NCBI GenBank assembly: GCA_024407875.1
Contig: JAKSVT010000005.1
Coordinates: 1,474-65,473, forward strand
Reading direction: 5' to 3'
Source: Alphaproteobacteria bacterium
GTDB taxonomy: Bacteria > Pseudomonadota > Alphaproteobacteria > CAAGCB01 > CAG-977
Length of the DNA stretch: 64,000 nt
Part shown: positions 47,575-56,224 of the stretch, in pieces
Position numbering within the stretch: the stretch's first letter is position 1
Layout: each line of letters opens with the position of its first letter
Notes under the pieces: model-generated
What the model saw: only the letters and a program-made list of their open reading frames with translations
What the model was told of the DNA's origin: nothing
The model's database searches: none
Program-made: the position numbers and the translations under genes

Positions 47575-48813
47575 TTAAATAGGATTTGATAATAATCCAT
47601 CTGCCAATTTAGGTTCAAACCATGTAGATTTAGGAGGCATAATTTTATTTTCATCTGCTACAGATGTTAATTCTAACATTTGTGTAGGATACATAGCAAA
47701 AGCAACAGACATTTCTTTTGAATCAACTCTGCGCTTTAATTCAGACAAACCTCGCATTCCTCCTACGAAGTCTATACGTTTGTCTTTTCTTGGATCTCCT
47801 ATACCTAAAATTGGGGTTAAAACCAAATCTGACAAAATACTTACATCTAATAATTTAACTGGATCTTTTGTATCTAAAGGTTTCTTTAAACTCATTTCAT
47901 ACCATTTATAATCAATATACAATCCAAATGTATTATTATGTGTAAGCTCTAATTTTTCTACTTCTTTCAAATTAAAATTAATAGATAATTTTGCTAAAAA
48001 TTCTTCAACAGAATTTCCATTTAAATCTTTAACAACTCGATTGTAATCTAAAATTTTCATTTGATTAATTGGAAACGCAACTGCCAAAAAATAATTATAA
48101 TTTTCATTTCCTGTATGATTTTTATTTGTTTCTTTGTTTTTCTTCTGAATTCTTGATGCTGCAGCACTACGATGATGCCCATCAGCAATGTATACAGTCT
48201 TAACTTTATCAAATGAATCTTGAATTGTTTTAATATCTAAATCATCATCTATTCTCCAAATAGTATGACGAACATCATTATCTCCAATTGCACTATATAA
48301 ACATTCTTTAGATGTAACTTTCTTAATTACCTCTTCAACTAAAGGAACTTCATTTTCTTTATATGCTAATAATGCAGGACCAGTTTGACATCCAACAGCT
48401 TCAATTTGCTTTACACGATCATCTTCTTTTTCTACTCTTGTTAATTCATGACGACGAATACGTCCTTCATTATAAGCTTCAACTGATGCAGAAACAGCTA
48501 ATCCTGTTTGAATATGGTCACCCATTTGAGCGCGATAAACATAAAAACAAGGCTTATCTTCTTTTATTAAAACACCTTTTTCAAGCATATTATTGTAATT
48601 TTTAGCACTTGTTTGATAAACTTTATCATCATATACAGAAATTTCTTTATCTAAATCAATTTCTGATTTAGAAATATGTAAAAAGGAATATGGTTTGCCA
48701 ACAGCTTTTTCTCTAGCTTCATCTGAATCTAAAACATCATAAGGAGGAGCTATTACTTCTGAAACTGTTTTTGATGTTGGACGAACTGCACAGAAAGGAC
48801 GAAACAAAGGCAT
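47575..48813 (-). CDS. DUF1015 family protein
   Basis: MPLFRPFCAVRPTS...VIAPPYDVLDSDEAR is the characteristic DUF1015 N-terminus, so ATG 48813 is the likely start; the tracked ORF extends to 48927. ...IADGHHR... motif present. Confidence 0.85.
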   Translation of the reverse strand: MPLFRPFCAVRPTSKTVSEVIAPPYDVLDSDEAREKAVGKPYSFLHISKSEIDLDKEISVYDDKVYQTSAKNYNNMLEKGVLIKEDKPCFYVYRAQMGDHIQTGLAVSASVEAYNEGRIRRHELTRVEKEDDRVKQIEAVGCQTGPALLAYKENEVPLVEEVIKKVTSKECLYSAIGDNDVRHTIWRIDDDLDIKTIQDSFDKVKTVYIADGHHRSAAASRIQKKNKETNKNHTGNENYNYFLAVAFPINQMKILDYNRVVKDLNGNSVEEFLAKLSINFNLKEVEKLELTHNNTFGLYIDYKWYEMSLKKPLDTKDPVKLLDVSILSDLVLTPILGIGDPRKDKRIDFVGGMRGLSELKRRVDSKEMSVAFAMYPTQMLELTSVADENKIMPPKSTWFEPKLADGLLSNPI

Positions 48814-49721
48814 TGACTGAATACTCCATTTTAAAAGATAAACTATTTGGCGAACTATATAACGCAATTTATAAAGAAAATAAAGTAATTCTTGTCTGTG
48901 GCCCAACAGCTGGAGGAAAATCAGCAATTGCTGATGAAATAGCTGATAAATTTAATGGAATTGTTATTAATTCTGATAGTATGCAAGTATTTAAAGATAT
49001 TCCAACTTTAACAGCAAGACCTTATAATACTAAAAATTCTCTGTTATATGCCTTTTTAGAACCTAATGATAAATTTAGCGTATTTAAATGGGTAAAGATG
49101 TGCGCTCAAGCCATTAATAAAGCTAAAAAACTAAATAAAACTCCCATTATTGTTGGAGGCACAGGATTTTACTTTCAAACCTTAACCCAAGGTATTTCAC
49201 CTGTCCCTGAAACAACTGAAGAAATACGAAAAAAAGTAAAAGAAAAATTTTTAAATATGGGAGAAGAAACTTTTAAATTAGAATTGAAAAGTAAATGCCC
49301 TGATTTTAATTTCTCTGATACTCAAAGAATGATAAGAGCTATGGAAGTATTTGAACAAACAGCTATTTCAATAACAAAATGGCAAGAAAAACCAGCTATT
49401 AGATATGTAGATGCAAACTTTTATGGTATATATGTAAATCCAATAAGAGAAACTTTATATGATCGATGCAATAAAAGATTTTTACAAATGATAAAATCAA
49501 ATTCATTAATGGATGAAATCGATGAATTAATGAAAAAAAATCCTAATGAAAATTCTCTTATTATGAATGCTATTGGACTAAAAGATATTTTAAACTATAG
49601 AGAAGGAAAAACTTCTTTAGAAGAAGCTATTTCTCATTCACAACAATTAACCAGAAATTATGCAAAACGCCAAGTTACTTGGTTTAATCATCGTTTTAAT
49701 GCCGATTTTATTATATCTTGA
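48771..49721 (+). CDS. miaA: tRNA dimethylallyltransferase MiaA
   Basis: ILVCGPTAGGKSAIA P-loop, ...PIIVGGTGFY..., ...YAKRQVTWF.... The true start is probably downstream of 48771 (for example TTG 48813). Confidence 0.9.
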   Translation: MMLDELHRKDETKALTEYSILKDKLFGELYNAIYKENKVILVCGPTAGGKSAIADEIADKFNGIVINSDSMQVFKDIPTLTARPYNTKNSLLYAFLEPNDKFSVFKWVKMCAQAINKAKKLNKTPIIVGGTGFYFQTLTQGISPVPETTEEIRKKVKEKFLNMGEETFKLELKSKCPDFNFSDTQRMIRAMEVFEQTAISITKWQEKPAIRYVDANFYGIYVNPIRETLYDRCNKRFLQMIKSNSLMDEIDELMKKNPNENSLIMNAIGLKDILNYREGKTSLEEAISHSQQLTRNYAKRQVTWFNHRFNADFIIS

Positions 49722-49786
49722 TAAAGAACTTGTTTTATATTATAAAAAATCATTCAACAATTAGTTTATTAATATGAGGACATGAT

Positions 49787-50098
49787 ATGAAGAACTTTGG
49801 TGAAATTTTAAAAAAAGCTCAAGAAATGCAAAAAAAAGTAAATGAAATGCAAGAAGCTCTAGCAAATGCAGAAGTTGAAGGCGTTGCTGGTGGTTCAATG
49901 GTTAAAGTATTAATGAGCGGTGATGGAAGAGTTAAAAAGATTTCTATCGATAAATCTTTAGCTGGTGATACAGATATGTTGGAAGATTTATTACTAGTTG
50001 CTTTCAATGATGGTAAAAGCAAAGCTGAAGAAATAGCAAATAAACAAGCTGACGATATGAAATCTGGTTTAAATTTGCCTTTTAAATTACCATTTTAA
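49787..50098 (+). CDS. ybaB: nucleoid-associated protein YbaB/EbfC
   Basis: 103 aa. MQKKVNEMQEAL...VEGVAGGSMVKVLMSGDGRVKKISIDKSL pattern. Confidence 0.92.
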   Translation: MKNFGEILKKAQEMQKKVNEMQEALANAEVEGVAGGSMVKVLMSGDGRVKKISIDKSLAGDTDMLEDLLLVAFNDGKSKAEEIANKQADDMKSGLNLPFKLPF

Positions 50099-50119
50099 AC
50101 AAAATTTTCTAAAGCAAAT

Positions 50120-50707
50120 ATGACAGAAATAGAAGAACTCATTAAACAATTTGCTCATATTCCTGGATTTGGAAAAAGTTCAGCTAGACGTGCTGTTTTA
50201 TACTTAATGAAGAAAAGAGAAAAGGTTATGAAGCCTTTGATTGATTCTATGGAAAAAGTATTAGAAACTATTAATCCTTGTCCTATTTGTGGCAATTTAG
50301 ATTCTCAAACTCCTTGTCATATTTGCTCAGATCAGAAAAGAGATTCTTCTGTTATTTGTGTTGTTAAAGACATAGCAGATTTGTGGGCTCTAGAAAGAAG
50401 TGCTTGTTTTAATGGTAAATATCACGTTTTAAATGGCGTTCTTTCCCCAATAGATGGAATTGGTCCTGAAGAATTGGGCGTACCAGCTTTAATAAAAAGA
50501 TTAAAAGCTAGTCCCGTAAAAGAAATAATAATGGCTTTACCTACATCAATTGAAGGTCAAACAACTCTACATTATATTTCTAGTACTTTAAAAAATAACG
50601 GTATTGATGTTAAAGTTTCCTCTCTAGCTAGAGGCATTCCTTTTGGTGGTGAATTGGATTATATGGATGATGGAACAATATCTTTAGCTATTAAAGAACG
50701 TCTTTAA
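50120..50707 (+). CDS. recR: recombination protein RecR
   Basis: HhH N-terminus, CPICGNLDSQTPCHIC zinc finger, Toprim ICVVKDIADL... Confidence 0.95.
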   Translation: MTEIEELIKQFAHIPGFGKSSARRAVLYLMKKREKVMKPLIDSMEKVLETINPCPICGNLDSQTPCHICSDQKRDSSVICVVKDIADLWALERSACFNGKYHVLNGVLSPIDGIGPEELGVPALIKRLKASPVKEIIMALPTSIEGQTTLHYISSTLKNNGIDVKVSSLARGIPFGGELDYMDDGTISLAIKERL

Positions 50708-51276
50708 TCTAAATCATCTTCTTCTAAAATTAAATCGTTAACTAAATTCTCATCATATGTATTTTCGTTTTCTTCCTCTGTTTCATTATCATGAGGACGT
50801 ATATATGTGATGAAAGATCCTTGGAATTTACTCATAACAGATTTAACTATTGGCAATTCTCTTGTTGTCGCCCAAATATTTAACTGTTCTTCTTTCTTTT
50901 CTGCATTATAAGTCTTTCCATTATCGGAATTTACAACTCTAACAACCCAATTTTCTTTTGTGTTCTTTTGAATAAATTTCAAAAGATCTGCAGCTAAGTT
51001 TGGAAGATTTCTACAAGGAGATATTTCTATACAACCTCTTGTAAAAGAAACTACTTTTGCATAATTAGCTATATCTGTACTTAATTTAATTTCTTTTTGC
51101 TCATAAGCTAAATTTGAAACATCTGCAATAGATGTAAAAATATAATTTCCTTGAGAATCCTGTCTTACTTTCTTATTTTCTCTAATTTCTATTTTAGGAA
51201 GATTTATAGATAAAATATCAGCACCATAATTCATCTGTTTTTTCTCTACCACAGATGAATTCGTATTATTTGGCAA
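50704..51276 (-). CDS. dnaX: DNA polymerase III tau-specific C-terminal region (second ORF of a split dnaX, -1 frame relative to the first)
   Basis: 190 aa from a TTG. The pattern ...IADVSNLAYEQKEIKLSTDIANYAKVVSFTRGCIEISP...LAADLLKFIQKNTKENWVVRVV... resembles the C-terminal segment of full-length alphaproteobacterial DnaX as I remember it. The frame is open upstream to 51378. Confidence 0.65.
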   Translation of the reverse strand: MPNNTNSSVVEKKQMNYGADILSINLPKIEIRENKKVRQDSQGNYIFTSIADVSNLAYEQKEIKLSTDIANYAKVVSFTRGCIEISPCRNLPNLAADLLKFIQKNTKENWVVRVVNSDNGKTYNAEKKEEQLNIWATTRELPIVKSVMSKFQGSFITYIRPHDNETEEENENTYDENLVNDLILEEDDLD

Positions 51277-51291
51277 AGGTGTTTTAGAACC

Positions 51292-51342
51292 CGCCCCTGT
51301 TATACTTTGGGGCGTTGTGCAAAAGGGAGGGCACCTGCCCCT
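51292..51342 (-). promoter_or_regulatory. candidate -1 programmed ribosomal frameshift cassette in dnaX
   Basis: mRNA: AGGGGCAGGUG-CCCU-C CCU UUU-GCACAA-CGCCCC-AAAGUAUAACA-GGGGCG. Heptamer (51327..51321) is phased X XXY YYZ with the 0 frame. A 6-bp all-GC stem (51314..51309 / 51297..51292) starts 6 nt downstream, and the 0-frame UAA lies in the loop. Confidence 0.55.
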
Positions 51343-52523
51343 GTTGGTAATTGGCCAACATTTCCTGCTTGAATTTCCTTAACTAAATCTGCTGGTGTAG
51401 GTAATTCGGATGCATAACCTAAACGAACTAATAACATTTCAACAGCATTTTTACTAGAAGGGGCTATGGTTGCTTCACTAATTCCTTTTAAAATCATCTG
51501 CCATGTTCTTGTTAAAACTGACATTGGAATCTTTTTACTTATTTCAACACAAGCTTCTCTTTCATTTGCTGCCATAGTAGGATCATCAGCCAAAGCTGGA
51601 GCTAATTTAACTCTTGTAATCCAATGTGTTAAATCAAGCATATCCTGCAAAACAATAATTGGATCAGCACCATTTAAATATTGCTCATTAAATAAATTTA
51701 AGGCTTCTGTGATTTTTCCTTCCATAACGGTTTTTAGTAAAGATATTACTTTTGACTTATCTGCCAAACCAATCATAGAGCGAACAAAATCAGCTGTTAC
51801 ATTTCCACCGCCATGAGCAATAGCTTGATCTAATAAAGACAAACCATCACGAACAGAACCATCTGCAACTTTTGCAATTAATTGAAGAGCTTCATCTTCT
51901 GCTTTTAAATGTTCTTTTTCTAAAATATTTTTAAAGTGACTCGTCAACAGTTCAGGTTCAACTCTTTTTAAATCAAATCTTTGGCAACGAGACAAAATTG
52001 TAGTTGGAACTTTACGAATTTCTGTTGTAGCAAAAATAAATTTAACTTTTTCTGGTGGTTCTTCCAAAGTTTTCAACAAAGCATTGAATGCTTCATTTGT
52101 TAACATATGAACTTCGTCGATGATATAAATTTTATATCTAGCACTTGTCGGATTATATTTTGTTGTTTCAATAATTTCTCTGATGTTATCAATACCACGT
52201 GTACTTGCAGCATTCATTTCAATAACATCTATATGTCTATCTTCTGCAATAGCTCTACAATGTTCACATACACCACAAGGCTCAGTTGTCATTCCACCTT
52301 TGCCATCTGGTCCAATACAGTTTAATGCTCTAGCTATAATACGAGCAGAGGTTGTTTTACCAATACCTCTAATACCTGTAAGCATATATGCTTGTGCTAC
52401 ACGTCCCGAATCGATTGCGTTTTTTAATGTTCTAACAAGTGCATCTTGACCAATTAAATCTGAGAAAACACTTGGACGATATTTACGTGCCAAAACACGA
52501 TATTCAGAAACATTATCGGCCAT
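51300..52523 (-). CDS. dnaX: DNA polymerase III subunit gamma/tau, AAA+ domains I-III (first ORF of a split dnaX)
   Basis: YRPSVFSDLIGQD, LTGIRGIGKTTSARIIA, zinc module CGVCEHC, IYIIDEVHML, SRCQRF. Stops at TAA 51302..51300 after 407 aa. Confidence 0.95.
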   Translation of the reverse strand: MADNVSEYRVLARKYRPSVFSDLIGQDALVRTLKNAIDSGRVAQAYMLTGIRGIGKTTSARIIARALNCIGPDGKGGMTTEPCGVCEHCRAIAEDRHIDVIEMNAASTRGIDNIREIIETTKYNPTSARYKIYIIDEVHMLTNEAFNALLKTLEEPPEKVKFIFATTEIRKVPTTILSRCQRFDLKRVEPELLTSHFKNILEKEHLKAEDEALQLIAKVADGSVRDGLSLLDQAIAHGGGNVTADFVRSMIGLADKSKVISLLKTVMEGKITEALNLFNEQYLNGADPIIVLQDMLDLTHWITRVKLAPALADDPTMAANEREACVEISKKIPMSVLTRTWQMILKGISEATIAPSSKNAVEMLLVRLGYASELPTPADLVKEIQAGNVGQLPTGAGALPFAQRPKV

Positions 52524-52563
52524 AAAAACCTCTTAAAATAAAACAACAATATATAGGATAAAT

Positions 52564-52653
52564 GGAAACCGGTATGCGACCCGAATTAACTGTTACGGCT
52601 GCTTTCTTCCGAACCTGACCGGGTTGGCAATCTTTTCGCCCGCACCGATTTCC
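52564..52653 (-). ncRNA. ffs: signal recognition particle RNA (4.5S type)
   Basis: Minus strand reads GGAAAUCGGUGCGGGCG...CCAACCCGGUCAGGUUCGGAAGAAAGCAGCCGUAAC...CGGGUCGCAUACCGGUUUCC. It contains the conserved GGUCAGGUxCGGAAGxAAGCAGCC domain IV core, and the termini pair with each other. The position directly upstream of dnaX is classic. Confidence 0.9.
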
Positions 52654-52782
52654 GAAATATCTTTTAAGACATTTTTAAATAAAAGTGCAAGTTATTTTTT
52701 GTTTTAGTATCTAAAACTTGACAAAAAGCCAATTTTTTTGCTCTTATGTATGTAATTAAGCAATATTATGAAAGGATTTAAT

Positions 52783-53739
52783 ATGGCTCTAGCAATCGTA
52801 TTTCCTGGTCAAGGCGCTCAATTCGTTGGAATGGGCAAAGACCTAGCAAACGCTTATACTGAAGCAAAGGAAGTTTTTCTAGAAGTTAATGATGCTTTAA
52901 ATGAAGATTTATCAAAAATGATGTTTGATGGATCTATGGAAGACTTAACTTTAACTCAAAATACACAACCGGCAATGATGGCTGTAAGTATGGCTATAAT
53001 TCGTGTATTACAACAACAAGGTCATATTTCTATAGCTGATACATTCCGTTATTGTGCTGGTCATTCTTTAGGTGAATACACAGCTATTTGTGTTGCTGGT
53101 GGATTTAGCATTACAACTTGTGCAAAGTTGTTGCGTAAACGTGGTTTAGCTATGCAAAATGCAACACCTGTTGGAACTGGCGCTATGTGTGCATTGCTTG
53201 GAGCAGATATGAAAGTTGCCACAGAAATTGCAAAAGAAGCCGCTCAAGGTGAAGTTTGCGTTGCTGCTAACGATAATGCTCCTGGTCAAGTTGTATTATC
53301 AGGCACTACAGCCGCAATTGATAGAGCTATCGAAATAGCAAAAAACAAAGGTTTAAAACGCACTGTTAAATTAATGGTTAGTGCACCATTCCATAGTCCA
53401 TTAATGAAACCTGCTGAAGAAATAATGAAAACAGAATTAGAAAACGCAGAAATTCATGATTTACGTTTTCCTTTAATAACAAACGTTGATGCAAAAGCTG
53501 TTTGGAAAAAAGATGATGTTCGAAAATCTTTAATTCGTCAAATAACAGGCGCAGTACGTTGGAGAGAAAGCATGTTATTGGCAGAAAGCAATGGCGTTAA
53601 AACTGTCGTAGAAGTAGGTGCTGGAAAAGTCTTAACCGGACTTACTAAAAAGATTTCTCCAAATTTAAAAACTATAACAATAAATACACCAGATGATATA
53701 AACAGCTTTATTGAAAACTGGGTAAAGGAATTTGAATAA
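52783..53739 (+). CDS. fabD: malonyl-CoA:ACP transacylase
   Basis: FPGQGAQ, GHSLGEY motifs. AAAGGA lies 6 nt upstream of ATG 52783; the tracked ORF starts at 52768. Confidence 0.95.
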   Translation: MALAIVFPGQGAQFVGMGKDLANAYTEAKEVFLEVNDALNEDLSKMMFDGSMEDLTLTQNTQPAMMAVSMAIIRVLQQQGHISIADTFRYCAGHSLGEYTAICVAGGFSITTCAKLLRKRGLAMQNATPVGTGAMCALLGADMKVATEIAKEAAQGEVCVAANDNAPGQVVLSGTTAAIDRAIEIAKNKGLKRTVKLMVSAPFHSPLMKPAEEIMKTELENAEIHDLRFPLITNVDAKAVWKKDDVRKSLIRQITGAVRWRESMLLAESNGVKTVVEVGAGKVLTGLTKKISPNLKTITINTPDDINSFIENWVKEFE

Positions 53740-54488
53740 TGCCTGATTTTACAAATAAAAGCGTTTTAATTACAGGCGCAACAGGCGGAATAGGAAGTGA
53801 ATTAACACGTCAATTTCTAGAAAATAACGCTACTGTAGTTTTAACTGATAGATCTGAAGAAAATTTAGTTAAATTTAAAAGCAATTTTTCTGAAGAAATT
53901 CAAAAAAGAATATTTATATTTCCAGCAGAATTGACTAATACCGAGTCACTTCAAAACTTGGTAAAATTTGCTGAAGAAAATACCGGAAAAGTCGATATTT
54001 TGGTAAATAATGCAGGTCTTACTAAAGACGGATTATTTATGAGAATGAATGAAGATGATTGGAATTTAGTCTTAAATGTTAATTTAAGTGCTGGATTTAA
54101 ATTATGTAAAGCTGTTATTAGAGGAATGATTAAACGTAGATACGGAAGAATTATTAATATGGCTTCTGTTGTTGGTTATTCTGGAAATATAGGCCAAGCA
54201 AATTACTCTGCTTCAAAAGCTGGATTAGTTGCTATGACGAAATCTTTAGCTCAAGAAGTAGCTAGTAGAAACATTACAGCCAACTGTGTAGCACCTGGTT
54301 TTATTCAAACAAAAATGACTGATGCTTTACCAGAAGAAGTAAAAACGGACTTATTAGGCCGTATCCCAACACAAAGATTTGGTCAACCTAGCGATGTTGC
54401 TAATGCTGTTTTATTTTTAGCAGATGAAAAAACAAGCTATATTACAGGTCAAACTATACATGTAAATGGTGGAATGTTCATGATTTAA
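53739..54488 (+). CDS. fabG: 3-oxoacyl-ACP reductase
   Basis: ITGATGGIG, NNAG, YSASKAG SDR motifs. Located between fabD and acpP. Confidence 0.95.
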   Translation: MPDFTNKSVLITGATGGIGSELTRQFLENNATVVLTDRSEENLVKFKSNFSEEIQKRIFIFPAELTNTESLQNLVKFAEENTGKVDILVNNAGLTKDGLFMRMNEDDWNLVLNVNLSAGFKLCKAVIRGMIKRRYGRIINMASVVGYSGNIGQANYSASKAGLVAMTKSLAQEVASRNITANCVAPGFIQTKMTDALPEEVKTDLLGRIPTQRFGQPSDVANAVLFLADEKTSYITGQTIHVNGGMFMI

Positions 54489-54646
54489 AAGTTAAAAACA
54501 ACTATTATCTATTTGATTTTAAATAGAAATATTTTTTTTAGCATTTTTTAGTAGAATTTTAAATTTTAATATGATAAATAAACTCTGATTTTTGAATATG
54601 AGATGCTTTTTTGCGTTGATTATTCGTTTTTAAAAAGGATAGTAAA

Positions 54647-54880
54647 ATGAGTGATATTGCCGAACGCGTAAAAAAAATTGTCGTTGAACACTTAGGTGTT
54701 GATGCTGCAAAAGTTACAGAAGCTTCCAGCTTTATTGATGATTTGAACGCAGACAGCTTGGATACTGTTGAATTAGTAATGGCTTTCGAAGAAGAATTTT
54801 CAGTTGAAATTCCTGACGATGCTGCAGAAAAGATTTTAACAGTTCAAGACGCTATCGATTATATTTCTAAAAACGTCTAA
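54647..54880 (+). CDS. acpP: acyl carrier protein
   Basis: 77 aa. [19 protein letters not shown] phosphopantetheine-attachment motif. Confidence 0.97.
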   Translation: MSDIAERVKKIVVEHLGVDAAKVTEASSFIDDLNADSLDTVELVMAFEEEFSVEIPDDAAEKILTVQDAIDYISKNV

Positions 54881-54970
54881 GATTTTCCAAAAAAGAATGC
54901 CGTTTCCGAACATTTGATTTTAAATTAAGGATGCGGCATTTTTGTATGGTTTTAACGGAATTCATTTAAA

Positions 54971-56224
54971 ATGCGTAGAGTAGTTGTAACAGGAATTGGC
55001 GCCATAACTCCATTTGGTGTGGGTGTTGATTGTATGTTTAATGGGTTGATTAATTCTAAATCAGCCGTAAAAACTAATACGCGTTTTGATGTTACTGATT
55101 ACTCCAGCAAAATTGCTGGTTTAGTCCCTTATGGTACTGGTGAAAACGAATTTAATCCAGATAACTACTTAGAACCTAAAGAACAACGTCATTATGATAC
55201 CTTTATTATCTATGGATTGGCTGCTGCAAAGTTAGCCCTTGAAGATTCAGGATGGGTACCACAATCTGATGAAGATCGTTTTTCTACTGGTGTTCTTTTC
55301 GGTTCAGGAGTAGGAGGTGCAGCAGCAATTGAAAATGCTCGAGACACCATTAATAAATCTGGACCTCATCGTATATCGCCATTTCTTGTACCTAGCTTAA
55401 TTATTAATATGATTTCTGGGTTGGTATCCATAAAATATGGTTTTTATGGGCCAAATAAGGCTTGCGTATCAGCTTGTTCCACGGGAGCTCACGCAATCGG
55501 TGACGCTGCTCGCCATATTATGTTTGGTGATGCTGATGTTATGGTTTGTGGTTCAGCAGAATCTCCTGTCATTGACATTTCTGTCGCTGGTTTTGGACAA
55601 CTGCGCGCTTTATCAACACATTTCAATGATACCCCTGAACTAGCATCAAGACCATGGGACAAAGCCCACGATGGTTTTGTCCTGGGAGAAGGTGCCGGTT
55701 CTTTGGTATTAGAAGAATATGAACATGCTAAAGCAAGAAATGCAAAAATTTATGGAGAGTTAGTCGGTTATGGTTGTTCTGGCGATGGTTTCCATATTAC
55801 AGCACCTGCAAGTGATGGACGCGGAGAAAAAGCTGCAATTAACGCTGCATTGAAAAATGCTAATTTGAATTGTAGCGATATTGATTACATTAACGCCCAT
55901 GGAACATCAACTCCTACCGGAGATTCTATTGAAATTGAATCTGTTAAATCAGTATTTGGTTCTAAAAACTTTATTATGAGCTCAACAAAATCTGCAATGG
56001 GACATTTAATTGGTGCTGCAGGTTCTGTAGAGGCTATAGTTTGTTTAAAATCTATGGAAACAGGTATTATTCCTCCAACAATAAATCTAAACGATCCTAT
56101 TGATGAAGCTATTGGAGAAAACTTAGTAGCTAATAAAGCACAAGAACATAAAGTAAATATAGCTTTATCAAATTCATTTGGATTTGGTGGAACAAACGTT
56201 AGTTTGATATTCAAGAAAATTTAA
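54971..56224 (+). CDS. fabF: 3-oxoacyl-ACP synthase II
   Basis: RRVVVTGIG..., active-site ACSTGAHAIGDA, ...NAHGTSTP..., ...SNSFGFGGTN. Confidence 0.96.
   Translation: MRRVVVTGIGAITPFGVGVDCMFNGLINSKSAVKTNTRFDVTDYSSKIAGLVPYGTGENEFNPDNYLEPKEQRHYDTFIIYGLAAAKLALEDSGWVPQSDEDRFSTGVLFGSGVGGAAAIENARDTINKSGPHRISPFLVPSLIINMISGLVSIKYGFYGPNKACVSACSTGAHAIGDAARHIMFGDADVMVCGSAESPVIDISVAGFGQLRALSTHFNDTPELASRPWDKAHDGFVLGEGAGSLVLEEYEHAKARNAKIYGELVGYGCSGDGFHITAPASDGRGEKAAINAALKNANLNCSDIDYINAHGTSTPTGDSIEIESVKSVFGSKNFIMSSTKSAMGHLIGAAGSVEAIVCLKSMETGIIPPTINLNDPIDEAIGENLVANKAQEHKVNIALSNSFGFGGTNVSLIFKKI

Noticed and set aside
51289-51344. T4 gene-60-style translational bypass of the 44-nt block between the two ACAGGGGCNGGU repeats in dnaX
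   Set aside because: Matching take-off and landing GGU codons exist, but no stop codon immediately follows the take-off codon and I see no take-off hairpin. The phased slippery heptamer plus downstream stem gives a simpler -1 frameshift explanation.
54881-54970. Hairpin (aatgccg...cggcatt, ~33-nt loop) between acpP and fabF as a novel element
   Set aside because: Partial termination or attenuation between acpP and fabF is a common, known arrangement. The stem is short and the loop long.
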